From Octopus vulgaris (taxonomy: Eukaryota), in assembly GCA_951406725.2 (NCBI GenBank), contig OX597827.1:78120001-78184000 (forward strand): a DNA stretch of 64,000 nucleotides. The letters are read 5' to 3'. Shown piece by piece: positions 25,359 through 39,206 of the stretch. Every line of letters starts with the position of its first letter. Within the stretch, counting starts at the first letter, position 1. A program made the translations under genes and the position numbers. The notes under the pieces are model-generated. The model saw only the letters and a list, made by a program, of their open reading frames with translations. It did not search any database and was not told the origin of the DNA.

Positions 25359-25760
25359 GGCGCAGGAGTGGCTGTGTGGTAAGTAGCTTGCTAACCAACC
25401 ACATGGTTCTGGGTTCAGTCCCACTGCATGGCATCTTGGGCAAGTGTCTTCTACTATAGCCCCGGGCCGACCAAAGCCTTGTGAGTGGATTTGGTAGACG
25501 GAAACTGAAAGAAGTCTGTCGTATATATGTATATACATATATGTATGTGTGTGTGTGTGTTTGTGTTTGTCCCCCTAGCATTGCTTGACAACTGATGCTG
25601 GTGTGTTTACGTCCCCGTCACTTAGCGGTTCGGCAAAAGAGACCGATAGAATAAGTACTGGGCTCTTACAAAGAATATGTCCTGGGGTCGATTTGCTCGA
25701 CTAAAGGCGGTGCTCCAGCATGGCCGCAGCCAAATGACTGAAACAAGTAAAAGAGAATAT
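25359..25760 (+). mobile_element. SINE family B, full length, young
   Basis: GGCGCAGGAGTGGCTGTGTGGTAAG head, B-box-like GGGTTCAGTCCC, internal (TA)/(TG) tract, tail AAACAAGTAAAAGAG. A second 3' part precedes it at 25110-25350. More copies at about 29835-30152(+), 31920-32160(-) and 37185-37580(+). Confidence 0.9.
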
Positions 25761-26231
25761 AGAGAGGGGGGGGCGAAGGGGAGGGCAGAACAATGTGTGT
25801 ACCTCGAATGCTGTTGTTATTAAATTCCATATTTAAAGATCATCTCATTGAAGAGTTATGTGGTTTCAAATATCAGGGAAGATTGAAAAACAATTCATTC
25901 TTTCAACGTCACATTTAAATTTGATTGTATTTCTGAATATAACTTTTATGTTTTAGAAACTGGAATTATTAATTGCAATAATATTTGAATATATTTGAAA
26001 TAATATAAATTTTAACAGATGAATATTTTAGAAACAAAAAACAAAATTAAACAATTCTGTTTAGTTTTCATTTTATTTGAAATAATGAAAGAATTATATT
26101 CTGTCTTTCGTGCTATTTGAAACCTTATTCCAACTTTTTAAAGGGAGAATTTTAAAAGAGGAAATTTTATGAATGTGTTTAATGCTTTTGACACCAACCC
26201 TGATTTTGTGATATAAAATAAAAAAATAAAT

Positions 26232-26478
26232 GTGCCCTTTTAAAGCCTAGTCAGGCTCATGGGCCTGGTTTCCCGGTTTCAATGGCGCATGCGTTCCCCA
26301 GCTGGATGGGACGCCAGTCCATCGCAGCATTACTCATTTTGGCCAGCTGAGTGGACTGGAGCAATGTGAAATGAAGTGTTTTGCTCAAGAACACAACGTG
26401 TCGCCCAGTCCAGGAATCGAAACCACAATCTTACGATCATGATGCTGACACCCTAACCACTAAGCCATGCACCTCTAC
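26232..26478 (-). mobile_element. tRNA-derived SINE family D (CTCCAGTCCACTCAGCTG core)
   Basis: Head TGGCTTAGTGGTTAGG..GGTTTCGATTCC with A/B boxes. Copies at 42724-42971(-), about 5625-5730(+), 36320-36620(+) and 59880-60170(-). Confidence 0.8.
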
Positions 26479-28496
26479 TTTGTGATATAAACTTGCTTCA
26501 AAAAAATCTCAGTTAAAACCTTCCATCAAAATCTCTTGTTAATTGAAAGTTATTTTTTAACTAAATGCATTATTTTCATAATTAATTGCAGTCAGTGTAT
26601 TGCAACAGAGATATGGCAACCAAAGGGATTAAATTTTAGATGGCTCCAGCACAAAGGGCCAATTTCATTGCAGTAGATTAGAGCTCAGTATGTTTGATAC
26701 AGAGAATGAAGCTGGTCAGAGAAGACATCTCGTGGAAGATGATGCAGAGCTTGTAATCATGCACTCTCCAAGATCAGAAGTTTCTTTGGCATCATTTTCT
26801 CTGCCTGCTCACCATCCAATCCCCAGGAGAGCATTCTGTTGATCAAGCACAAGATTTAGAAAAAAAGAAAATCTTGCATTTACCCCTGTTCTGTACAGTC
26901 AAGCACTGATCCTTATTGAAATTATTACTGTAAAGTCTTAAGGGATGAGCTGCAAGAATTGTTAGAATGCTGGACAAAATGCTTAACAGTATTTAAATAT
27001 ATACCGTTCGCCAGCCTCGTCTGGAACCTGTGTCGGTGGCACATAAAATCACCCACTACACTCTCGGAGTGGTTGGCGTTAGGAAGGGCATCCAGCTGTA
27101 GAAACACTGCCAGATCTGACTGGCCTGGTGCAGCCTTTGGGCTCCCCAGACCCCAGTTGAACCGTCCAACCCATGCTAGCATGGAAAACGGACGCTAAAT
27201 GATGATGATGATGATATACATAGGTGCAGGAGTGGCTGTGTGGTAAGAAGATTGCTTCCCAACCACACGGTATTTCTGCAAGCTGGCAGAAACGTTAGCA
27301 CGCCAGGTGAAATGTGTAGCCGTATTTCATCTGCCACTATGTTCTGAGTTTGAATTCCGCCGAGGTCAACTTTGCCTTTCATCCTTTCGGGGTCGATTAA
27401 AGAAGTACCATTTACGCACTGGAGGTCGATATAATCGACTCAATCTGTTTGTCTGTACTTGTTTGTCCCCTCTGTGTGTAGCCCTTTGTGGGTAGTAAAG
27501 AAATAGGTATTTCATCTTTCATGTTCTGAGTTCAAATTCCGCTGAGGTTGACCTAGCCTTTCATCCCTTCAGGGTCAATGGAATGAGTATCAGTTGTGCA
27601 GTGGGGTAGATGTAATCGACTTCTCCCCATCCACCAAAATTTCAGGTTTTGTGCCTATGGTAGAAAGGAAATTGCTGTATGGTGTTATGGCCGATAAAGA
27701 TCTTGTACAGTGTGGACAGCCAGCTGCAACCCTCAGCTGAGGCAGGCAACCAGCAGACATTCAAAAGTAGTCTGCTGAAAGAACCACTTTAGGTTTCTGA
27801 TAAAAGACAAAGTTTTTACAAGGATCAAGCAATTGATGACAGACTTGTGGGGAATAGGTTTTCTGGAAGCTTCTGGTGAAATAGATGAAAACCATTTTTG
27901 ATCAGATAAATTTTAGCAAAGAGTTTGTTAAAGGAAGCAGATTAATGTTGCACCTGGAATTACTGCAATTTTGTAGCAAGATGCAAGACTATTGCTGTTT
28001 TGGAGCTGCCAACTCAACTTGCACATAATGGCAATCCTGTGTGCATTGTTGAGAAAGGGATCTGGATCTGGTTAAGAGGTTCTGAAGGTGGTCCCAGCAT
28101 CTCAGAGACATTGAGAGGCCCTCACTTGTACCTTACTAAGTCACAGAGGTAAAAACTAATATGATGGAGGAGCCGGTCTTTGGAATTTAAAAGCTGCTGA
28201 TGTCACCTTTGCCTTTTATTTTTCCAGGGTCGATAACACTCAAACCCACATCTTCTGTAGACATGTCAAGGTTGCTTTGATACACAAGTAGAACCATTAT
28301 ACCAAAGAAACCATTGAGATTTTCTCCATCCATTTTAGAAGGTTTGTTCTTGGTCATGAGAATTGTAAGATGCTAACATCATAGGAATTAAGAAACTTCG
28401 AGAGATATGAAGTAAATCATTTTTAACGGTGGAACTTGAAACGAATAAAGCTACATTTAATAGTATAATGAATATTGGAGTAGTGATGAAGCTGCT

Positions 28497-28865
28497 TGTT
28501 TGTTTGTTTGTTGAGTGAAGTGGTCTTCGTCCCAGTGGGAGAAGTCCGAAACGTGGTCCTTTGCTATTTGTAAGACCTGCAGAAGAGAAAGCAGGTCAAC
28601 CCCCGACACCGAGAGCATCGACGGAAGGATGAATGTGCATCCAGGCTCAGCGGTTGCGTAGGAAGTCGAGGACAAGAAACAGGAAGAAAAAGTGAGAGAA
28701 AGTTGGAGCGAAAGAGTACAACAGGGGTGCCCCCACCCCTGCCGGAGCCTCATGGAGCTTTAGGTGTTTTCGCTCAAACACACACAACGCCCGGTCTGGG
28801 AATTGAAACCGCGATCCTCCGGCCGCAAGTCCGCTGCCCTAACCACTGGGCCATTGCGTCTCCAC
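28497..28865 (-). mobile_element. Young tRNA-derived SINE (family E) with 13-bp TSD
   Basis: TSD TGATGAAGCTGCT at 28484-28496 and 28866-28878. Head TGGCCCAGTGGTTAGG..GGTTTCAATTCC; (AAAC)n tail. Confidence 0.9.
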
Positions 28866-30514
28866 TGATGAAGCTGCTCCTCACCAAGAGACCTGTTCTG
28901 CCCCAGACCGTTTCTTTTTCTCTCAAACTTTTTTTATCCTCGCAAGCTGCATAAAAAAAAGTACCCAGTAAACACAATAAAATGGTTGGTGCTAGGAAGG
29001 GCATCCAGCTGCACGAATTCTGCCAAAATAGACACTGGAGCATGATGCAGTGCTTGGAGGAATATTGGATTTTGAAGATGTAGAATTATTCATTCTTCTT
29101 TACAAAGTCTTGATTATAGACTCTGTAAGCGGTTTGAAATCCAATGAAGCAAAACTCAGTATTTATCCATTTAGTGAAGTACCATTTGTTTATCTTAAAC
29201 AATTCTGTATGCTCCCAATCATTCGATGTGGTTAGTCAGATCTGGATTATATTAGAAGGCTAGTAGAGTACCTGCCTAGATTCCAAATCCCCATTCCTTT
29301 ATGTTATATATATATATCATCATCATCATCATCATTTAACGTCCGTTATCCATGTTGTCATGGGTTGGACAGTTTGACCAGGGCTGGTAAACCTGAAGGC
29401 TACACAAGACTCCAGTCTGATTTGGCATGGTTTTCTACGGCTGGATGCCCTTCCTAACACCAACCACTCTGAGAGTGTAATGAGTGCTTTTACGTGCCAC
29501 TGGCACCAGGGTGCTTTTATGTGCCAATTTGCATGACACTGGTATCTGCCACGACTGCGATTTTGCTTGGCTTTATGAGTCTTCTTCTTGAGCACAACAT
29601 AATGCCAAAGGTCACGACACATATACATGAATGTATGTGTCCATGTAACAGAACTTCTATTAACATCTAATGTCCTCACTGAATTCAACAAAGCTCCATC
29701 TTTCACAAATTACACACACGCACACACACTCAGAGGTAAACCATTCCCACTGTGTATTGAAATGTTGTCAATAACCCCCAGCATCCATTACTAAGGCCTT
29801 ATGTAAACTTAATAAGTCAATTTCGATAAAGAGGTGCAGCAGGCATGGCTGACTGGTTTAGCAGCTTGTTTTGCAACCAAATGGGTTTTGGGTTCAGTCC
29901 TACTGTGGGGCACCTTGGGCAAGTGACTTTAGTAGATGGAAGCTGTGTGGAAGCCTATTGTGTGTGTGTGTGAGTGTTTGCACCTCCACCTTCTGCTCAA
30001 AGCCAGATGTTGGTTTGTTTACATCCTGATAACCTCGTAGAATAAGTCTCAGGCTTCAAAAAAAAAAAGTACTGGAGTCAATTTGTCTGACTAAACCCTT
30101 TAAAGTGGAGCCCCAGGATGGCTGCAGTCCAGTGACTGAAACAAATGAAACAGGGATGATAATGCAATTGAGACGACTGGTTCATAAATAGGTGAAGAGG
30201 AGGAGGAGGAGGAGGAGGAAGGGTCAGTGTTTGCCAATGAAATAACAACATCCCCAGCTGATCCCACTTTTTCTGAGAGAAAAATCCCTCAGGTTTTTAT
30301 GCTATGAGAGGTACATTTTGCTCTTTATTAACAACATTTTTATAGGATGAAAAGAAAGGGGAAAAAAAAACATGGAAAGTATAATAAAGCAAATTATTGA
30401 GGGGGAAAAACAAACCCCTGTAACCACCACATCAGGGAAACAAAGAAAAAGAATCATTAGCATGCCGGGCAAAATGCTTAGTGGTATTTTGTCTGCCACT
30501 ACATCGCCATATGC

Positions 30515-30551
<37 letters not shown>

Positions 30552-30584
30552 CATTTGTATGATGTGGAGAATATACGGCCACCA

Positions 30585-30986
30585 TTGCCCAAATGACCTG
30601 AATATTAGTTTCAAGGTTCATCCAAGGCTGGGACCAGGGGCCATATGTCCCCTACCCAATTCAGGTTCACAGCATATAGGTATACCGCAACATAATTTCC
30701 TTTCCTCAACAGGCTCTGCCCTGTTAAACATTGTCCCAAAAGAGATCAAAGAAGAAAAGGATCCCATCACCTTTAAATGGAGTCTGGATAGATTTCTTCA
30801 AGGAATACCAGATAAGCCACCCATACCTGGATACAACTCACCCAACAAAAACTCACTACTTGAATGGACCATAAACAAAACTTGACTTCAACAGGATTTA
30901 AATAATCCTATCAGGTGGTGCTATTAAGTTAGACGTGGTCTGGACCAATATTTGGTTGAAACATATCCAAGTTTTTATCCAAGTTT
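30585..30986 (+). mobile_element. CR1/L2-type LINE 3' end
   Basis: LLNIVPKEIKEEKDPITFKWSLDRFLQGIPDKPPIPGY..NSL resembles a CR1-group ORF2 C-terminus; short tandem tail (TATCCAAGTT)2. Confidence 0.75.
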
Positions 30987-31174
30987 ATATATATAAACGT
31001 AAAATGCACCCACTACACTCTTGGAATGGTTGGCGTTAGGAAGGGCATCCAGCTGTAGAAACTCTGCCAGATCAAGATTGGACCTGGTGCAGCCATCTGG
31101 TTCGCCAGCCCTCAGTCAAAATCGTCCAACCCATGCTAGCATGGAAAGTGGACGTTAAACGATGATGATGATGA

Positions 31175-31259
<85 letters not shown>

Positions 31260-31454
31260 TGGAGGGGGGCACCAGATAGCAATGATACAGAGGAACAGGG
31301 CTATGAGGACAAGATTGGGGAGTGAGAGCTTGGCATAATGTATGAAGGAGGAAATGTGAGGAAGAGATGTAGTTTGGTTTGTTGTGGTGAGGTGTGTGAG
31401 AAGTTTTCTTGTTACATGGGGGTGTTACACACAGCGCTTCTAGAACTCAGTTTC

Positions 31455-31620
31455 ACTGACATGGGTGGATCTTCACAAGAACTTTATATCACCAGACATC
31501 TCAGGCCATTGTCATTTCCTCCATGAGGCCCAACATCCTGAGATCAGTCCTTACCACTTCATCTCATGCCTTCCTGGGTCTCCCTCTTCCGTGGGTACCA
31601 TCCACTTCTAGTGATTGGCA
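31455..31620 (-). mobile_element. RTE LINE 3' end fragment
   Basis: Minus strand LEVDGTHGRGRPRKA*DEVVRTDLRMLGLMEEMT. Confidence 0.65.
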
Positions 31621-32432
31621 CTATCAGGATTTAACAATATATGTGTGTAGATATATAAGCTTATATATTTAAAAATATATATGCATATATATATGTGAAC
31701 ATGTATGTATGTATAAAACTGCCATCTATATATCATACTAAATGTATATGCATTGTAGAAAGGCCAGCTGCTGTGGTTTTTGTCTAAAAGAAAATCACTT
31801 TGCAGACATATGCTAAGAAAACAATAAAAAAACACACACAATACGTGAAACATGTCTAAGGTTACCACGGGTCACTCCTGTAATGATGTTTATTTTGCTT
31901 CAATTGTATTCTCTGTTTGCTATCGGTCTCTTTTTCCCAAATTGCTAAGTTATGGGAACATAAACACGCCAACACTGGTTATCAAGCAGTGGTGGGAGAC
32001 AAACAGACACATGTATATATACAATGGGATTCTTTCAGTTTCCATCTTTGGTTGGCCTGAGGCTATAGTAGAAGACGCTTGCCCAAGATGCCACAAAGTG
32101 GGACTGAACTCAGGACCATGTGGTTGGGAAGCAAAATTCTTACCATGTAGCCATGCCTATATATAGATATATATATATATCATCATCATCATTTAGCATC
32201 TGTTTTCCATGCTGGCATGGGTTGGATGGTTTGACAGGGACTGGTAAACCAGAGAGCTGTGCCAGGGTCCAGTCTGATTTGGCGTGGTTTCTACGGTTGG
32301 ATGCCCTTCCTTGTGCAAACCACTCCAAGAGTGCAGTGGGGGCTTTTATGAGTCACCAGCACTGGCAATGACTATGATTTCACTTATATGTACATTGAAT
32401 TCTACACCAGGTCATGCAATACCTAAGTGAAG

Positions 32433-32487
<55 letters not shown>

Positions 32488-33228
32488 GCACATAAAGATT
32501 AGTGTTAAGAAGAGCATCCTACCATAGAAATGGTAGCAAAACTGAGATATCTGAGTGAGATGTGATCCTCCAATTAATATCTGCCATGAATCCTGTCGAA
32601 TCATCCAGCTCATGACAGCATGGAATACAGGCACAAAATATTGAGGAATGATGACGATGGTGATGATGTATGTAAAGCGATTGGGAGCTGAGTATAGACA
32701 ATGAAGGGATCAAAGGACCTTGCAGTGTTGGGGACACAGTGCTTGCACCCTGATAAAATATACCCAGTGCACTTTGTAAAGTGTTTGACATTAACCCTTT
32801 TGCATTGAAGCAGGCCATATAGGGTCCCAAATATTCTCCCTGTTTTATGTTCAAACTGGCCAGATCCAGCCTCTCACACCTACCCTACAATGTCATTCTA
32901 AGAATAAGCAACTGCATCATAGAAATTTTGAAGCTATGAGATAATCCAGGATTAACTGGAAACAACGTGAATAAAGACGCATCACATTTGACAGAATAAT
33001 CTGAATGCTGAAGGATTAAGGGAAACCATTCTAGGAAACCCTACCAAAAAGGGGAAGGGGAATGGCTTCATGGTAGAGTGTAAAGATACCAAATGTGGTG
33101 TTTCATGCAAGGTTTTATAAGGGACAGTGTAGAGGTCAGTGTTTGCCAACCATTTTTCACCTATGGGCCCCTTTGGTTCTTGCTTTACTCTACTGGACCC
33201 TCATACACATCCAACGTTTAAAACAATT

Positions 33229-33418
33229 TACATTATTTACATTTGATGAATATTTGTTCTCATCTTGTTTGTTGTTAACACAACGTTTCGGCTGATATAT
33301 CCTCCAGCCTTCATCAGGTGTCCTGGGGGAAATTTCGAACCTGGGTTCTCATTCCTAAGGTATCTTTTATTATTATAATTATCATTATTATTCAGGCCAC
33401 TGCCTGGAATCGAACTTG

Positions 33419-33471
<53 letters not shown>

Positions 33472-33638
33472 GCAACATTGAAAAAAATACCTTAGGAATG
33501 AGAACCCATGTTCGAAATTTCCCCAAGACACCTGATGAAGGCTGGAGGGTATATCAGCCAAGACATGTTGACAACAAACAAGATGAGGACAAATATCCAT
33601 CAAATGTAAATAATTCCTCATCTCTTAAATACAGAACT
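33229..33638. mobile_element. Inverted-pair tRNA/hammerhead element, copy 1 (13-bp TSD)
   Basis: Two inverted arms around (AAT)n and a B-box remnant. Flanked by GTTTAAAACAATT at 33216-33228 and 33639-33651. Confidence 0.85.
33277..33322 (-). ncRNA. Minimal type I hammerhead ribozyme motif (intact)
   Basis: GACAC-CTGATGA-A-GGCTG-GAGGATATAT-CAGCC-GAAA-CG-TT-GTGTT: stem I GACAC/GTGTT, canonical CUGAUGA and GAAA, palindromic ACGT stem III. Confidence 0.8.
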
Positions 33639-36600
33639 GTTTAAAACAATTGTCTAAACATTTTGTGTATTGTAGAAATATAACCAGTTTATTGCACATA
33701 AACAGTAAAATCTTATGTGGACCCCACCCCCAAGGGTCATAAAGGCTCTGGTTGGGAACCAGTGATGGAGGTGATGATGATGATGACTGGTGGTGGTACT
33801 GGTGATGACAATGCTGCTGCAGCTTGTACTTGTAACAGATTTCCTTGTTTCGGACACCACAGGGAAACTAGTCTTCCTCAACTACTTACTTAGTTTATCT
33901 TATTATATCCTCGTCTGTTGGCTATACACAATAACTAAGCAGCGGGGAGGAAAGAAAGTACTTACACGTTGCACCCCTGCTACTCTTACATGAGATTCAC
34001 CACTCTCAGTCACAGCTCACAGTGAACTGCTTGCCAACCCAAACTGCCAATCGCTCAAAGTTCTTTAATTTACAACAATGAGTTAGTCCACCTTTAGTCA
34101 CTTGAAGTAGTGGGTAGAATCCTTCCACAGTGTCTGAACAAATGGAAATTTGTTATGTTTTCAGTGCTCCCTCTACCTGCACTATTGAACTGTAGTTATC
34201 CCTGGGGCCTCCTAACAACCTTTTCAACGGCACTGTATCATCTGTTGTCCGTTTTGTCTCATGTAATAAAAGGTTGTTTAGCTCTCATCCCATCTGTTAA
34301 TTGGAATGTAAGGTTACGATGAGGGTGATTTGGTTGCTATTTCTAGCAAGTCAAGTGGAATGCAGTGGGCCTTTCTTTCTTCATCCTTGATTAGGCCAAA
34401 CATGACCATCTCCTCTTTTTGTAACTATGTTGGAATACATTATCCAACGCGTCCTTTATTAATATATGTTGTGATTTCACTGATTTGGCAGCTATTTCTA
34501 GCAGATGGAGTGACCATATAGATGATCCGTCAGTGGATTATTTCCTTAAAAGTCTGACACACTACCATGGCAAAGTGGCAGAGTCATTGGATCACTGGAC
34601 AAAATGACTAACCCTAACCACCACCATCTCACATTGATTTTCCGTGCTGGCATGGGTTGGACAGTTTGACAAAAGCTGATAAGCCATAGTATTGCACCAC
34701 GGTCTGCTGTCTGATTTGGTACGGTTTCTATGGCTGGATGCTCTTCCTAACACCAACCACTTTACAGAGTGGAGTGGCTGCTTTTTATGTGGCACCAGAT
34801 CCATAAAAAAAAGAAGACTAATCTATGGTTGTGAATAGGCAGAACTATAAGAAAATCCAAGCAGACACCTTGTGCTATTTGTTCTGAGTTCAAATCCTGC
34901 TATGGCCTATAAAAATATTAAACTTAATCCATTACTTAGTTTAACTACCAGCTGGCACTTAAGGGTGTGTGAGACGTTTTGGCATAGCCTTTTTGGCGCT
35001 GCCCATTTGGCACCACTGATTTGATGCTGAGTATCAGATATTTTAATGCTTCTCACATTATCTCCCAACACCTCGCTCCCTCTGAACATATTTCTCATCA
35101 GTAGAAAATGTTTGTCATTCGTGTTCAATTAATAAATTGTAATGTCTCTCTTTCTCTCCCTCTCATATTTAATCTTAAATGGGAATATTATTGATAGTGA
35201 CTTCGAAGTTTCAGCCAGTTAAGCCATTGTTGGAATGATAAATTTTCACTCTACAAAATTACGGAGTAACCCATCAGATCAATGTAAAATTGTTTTTACA
35301 GCTAAACATAAAAAAACATTAATATATATGTGTGTGTGTGTGCATGTATTTCTGTGAGTGTGCGCATGTGTGTGTCACCAATGTCGTAAAGTACTTCGAC
35401 GAAAACAGTTCAGGGTCCAGTTGGCTGTGCCAAACTTCCAGTAGCCCCAAATTCTCACCCAATTGTTTCATTCTACACCTAGTGTGCCTTTAGTGGATCC
35501 CAGTCTGTTGAAAGCATTAAGGGCCCTCAATGTCAGGTTTAGGGATAACTTCCTCCCTCTCATCAGTCTTGGAGGCCCTGTACAGGGGCATGAGTAATGC
35601 CTTCCCCACTGACTAAAAAATGTAAAAAGGGGCAAAAAAACCATGAATGCAGTTGCAATTATCTTGTTATATACCATATTTGATGGCAAAGAAGACACAC
35701 AGACATACTAACCGTTTAGCGTTTAAACTGACTACATCTGGCCCAAATATTCTACTTATTTTAAGCTCAAACTTGTCAGATCTAGCCTCTCACACCTACC
35801 CTAAAATGTCATTCTAAAAACGAACAATCATCATCACCATTCAACATGTTTCCCAAGCTGGAGCAGCTTGGGTGGTTTGAAAGAAGCTGGCAAGGCCAAG
35901 AACCGCACCAAACTCCATAGTCTGTGCTGACATGGTTTCTACAGCTGGATGCCCTTCCTAACATCAACCACTTTACAGAGTGTACTGGGGGTTTTTTATG
36001 AGGCCCCAGCACCAGTGTTTTGTTATGAATGACATAATCACATCATCAAAATCTCAAAGCTATGAGATAATCCGTGATTAAGTCAAAACAGTGTAGATAA
36101 ATAAGGATTACATTTGACAAAATAACCTGAATGCTTTTAAGGGTTCAGGCTTACACCTCATTCACAGCATCACAATCAAGAAAAATATTTTTAATGTCTA
36201 AAAGCATGAAATATAGGCCCGACTTTGCACATAAGATCCTGGGAGAATTTCTGAGGTATTTTTTTTGGGGGGGAAAAATGTGTGTCTTGTATGCCATTAA
36301 ATATGATAGTGAAAAGGTGTGACTTAGTAGTTAGGATACTTAGTTGATGACTGTAAGGTCCTGAGTTTGATTCCGGGTAGCAGGGTGGGTCCTTGAGTAG
36401 GACACTTTATTTCATGTTGGCTTAGTCCACTCAGCTGGCAAAAATGTATTGTACCTATAATTCCAAAGGATGGTCTTGTCACAATCTCTGTCATGCAGAA
36501 TCTTCCTGAGATCTACATTAAGGGTATGCATGTCTGTGGAGTACTCAGCCACTTGCATCTCAATTTCACAAGTCAGCTGTTTCACTGATTGGATCGGTAA

Positions 36601-38109
36601 TTGTTGTAACCAACAGAACACCAGTTCAAATACAATAAACTAAGCAGTGAGGTGTACAACAGCGGGGTCATGGCTGCAATCATCATCATCATCATTTAAC
36701 ATCTGCTTTCCATGGTTGGATGGTTTGACTGAAAACTGGTAAGCCGGAGAACTGCACCAGATTCCAATCTGATCTGGCAAGGTTTCTACAGCTGAATGCC
36801 TTTCCTAATGCCAACCACTCCGAGAGTGTAGTGGGTACTTTTTACGTGCCACCAGCATGGGTGCCATTGACGTCACACTGGCATTGGCCGCAACTACGAT
36901 CTCACTTGGCTTGACAGGTTTTCTCAAGCACGGTATATAGCCAAAAGTCGGGGTCACCAGTCACTGCCTCTGTGAGACCCAATGCTCAATGGTCAATACA
37001 AATTCAAGAACGAAAGAAAACAATCAACAGAGATTTGTCCGATTCCTACAAAGGTGTACATCTCCAGATCGAGAAGTGGTTTGGTGTTGTCTAGAAATCA
37101 CATGTTTGGATATTAAGGCAGAGAAGCTGGAAGAGAAGGTCTGCATCCAGTCTGATCCACATTTAGTTAAGTTTATAAACAACAGGTGTGGCTGTGTGGC
37201 AAGAAGTTTGCTTCCCAACCACGTGGTTCCAGGTTCAGTTTCACTGTGTGGCACCTCAGGCAAGTGTCCTCTGCTATGATAGCCTCAGGTTGACCAAAGC
37301 CTTGTGAGAGGATTCGGTAGATAGAAACTGAAAGAAGCCCTTTGTATGTGTGTGTCTGTCTATCTGTCTGTTCCATTCACTGCTTGGCAACCAGTGTTGA
37401 TGTGTTTACATCCCTGTAACTTAGCAGTTTGGCAAAAGAGACTGACAGAATAACTACCAGACTTTAAAAAAAAAGATATAATAATGAGGTTGATTCATTC
37501 AATGAAAATTCCTCAGGGTGGTGCCCCAGCATGGCCACAGGGTAATGATTGAAACAAGTAAAAGATAGAAGATAAAAGTAAACAAGAACTCCACCACCAC
37601 CACCACCACCAGCTCCTCCTCCTCCTCCACCTCCTTGAGATTATTACATGCAATGGGAATTGGAGTGAAATATCTGATTAAGAGTTAAGATTAAACGGTG
37701 TGAAATATTAAAGGTGGAGCAAGATGTCAGAAGCGAGAGAGAGAGAGATCAATAAACATCAAGAAACAGACAGGATATCTGGGAAAATGCCATGTTGTAA
37801 AAGTAGAGTGAAGAGCATCGCTCAAGCTAACAGTCAATATATCAGCTGGAAGTAAAAAAAAATAAGCAGACCTTATGCAGGATCTATTTATCACAAGGCC
37901 CAGGAATGGTGGTTCAAGGTTCAATTCAACTAAACAGTACCTAGGGCAAGTCACTTCTACCACAGTCTTGTGAATGGAGTTTGGTAGGTGGAGACTGTGT
38001 CGAAGCCCATTATATATACATGCGTGTGTGTCTGAGTGTGGTTAAGAAGTTCACATTCTAACCATGTGATCTCAGGTTCAATGCCACTGTACAGCACTTT
38101 GAGCAAGTG

Positions 38110-38362
38110 TCTTCTACATTTATACACACACACACACATGCCTACATACACACACACACACATACATACATACATATACACACACATGCCTACATATACA
38201 TACACACACACACGCCTACATACACATACACACACACGCCTACAAACACATACACACACATGCCTACATACACATACACACACAAACATACAAACATATA
38301 CACACACATGCCTACATACACATACACACACACACATACATACATATACACACACATACATA
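38110..38362. repeat. (CA)/(CATA)-derived minisatellite (CACATGCCTACATA units) within a SINE B remnant
   Basis: Seen directly. Confidence 0.85.
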
Positions 38363-39206
38363 TGGTGGCGACCTGTTTTTTTGCAACACTTGACCTCTTT
38401 TTGTGACTATAATTGCTCTTTCCTAGCATGAGATCTTAAATGACTTTTGGGCCCTGAAAGGGTTCGAAAAGCTGATCCACCTTTCAATACAGTCACTTCA
38501 GTATTGGCTCCATGTTTCACCTGTTTATTAGGAATGTTCAGGTGCTGCTTAAATCCTCCATGTGACTGGTAGGTCTTTTCACAGACATGTACATGAAGGG
38601 GTGCTGAAGAGTTCCTGGCTTTAAGGGGATTGCAAACAGGATCTGGTTGGAGGTCCAACCTTCCGAGTTCTTTTACAGGGCTTAGAAAAGCTAAGGGACC
38701 GTTGCAATAAGTGTGTGAATTTGAGAAGGGGAATATGTTGAATAAAATCATAATTAACTGATCCACCTGTATTTCCTCTCCCCCACACACACACACAATG
38801 TCAGGAGCTTTTCAGCACCCCCTCTATACACACACACACATGTATATATATACATACACACATATATTATATTGGAGTTAATGCAATTTCCGTCCACCAA
38901 ATTCACTCATAAGGCATTGGTCAGCCTGGTCCTTTCATAGTAGAAGACACATGCCTAAGGCACTGTGTAATCAATCAATCAATCTCTATCTATGCATGTG
39001 TGTGTATGTATGTTTATATTTCAGTTCTATAGTTAAGAGATGAGGAATTATTTACATTATTTACATTTGATGGATATTTGTCCTCATCTTGTTTGTTGTT
39101 AACACAACATTTCAGCTGATATATCCTCCAGCCTTCATCAGGTGTTTTGGGGAAATTTTGAACATGGGTTCTCATTCCTAAGGTATTTTTTGATGTTATT
39201 ATTATT

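Larger units (their letters stand above)
33137..33764. mobile_element. hAT-like MITE interrupted by a hammerhead element
   Basis: Ends CAGTGTTTGCCAACC ... GGTTGGGAACCAGTG (imperfect TIR); related 3' fragment at about 43190-43333. Confidence 0.55.

Noticed and set aside
28865-28900. CTGATGAAG as another hammerhead core (also reverse-strand CTGATGAG near 3310 and 11452)
   Set aside because: No stem II followed by GAAA and no stem I pairing; the 28866 match is just the TSD of SINE E.
34960-35460. Possible MITE with TTTGGC sub-repeats
   Set aside because: Ends too degenerate to define a TIR or TSD by eye.
38407-38796. ORF with degenerate C2H2-like words (CEKTYQSHGGFKQHL, SGPKSHLRSH)
   Set aside because: Zinc ligands are missing; more likely a decayed LINE C-terminal finger or pseudogene fragment than a gene.
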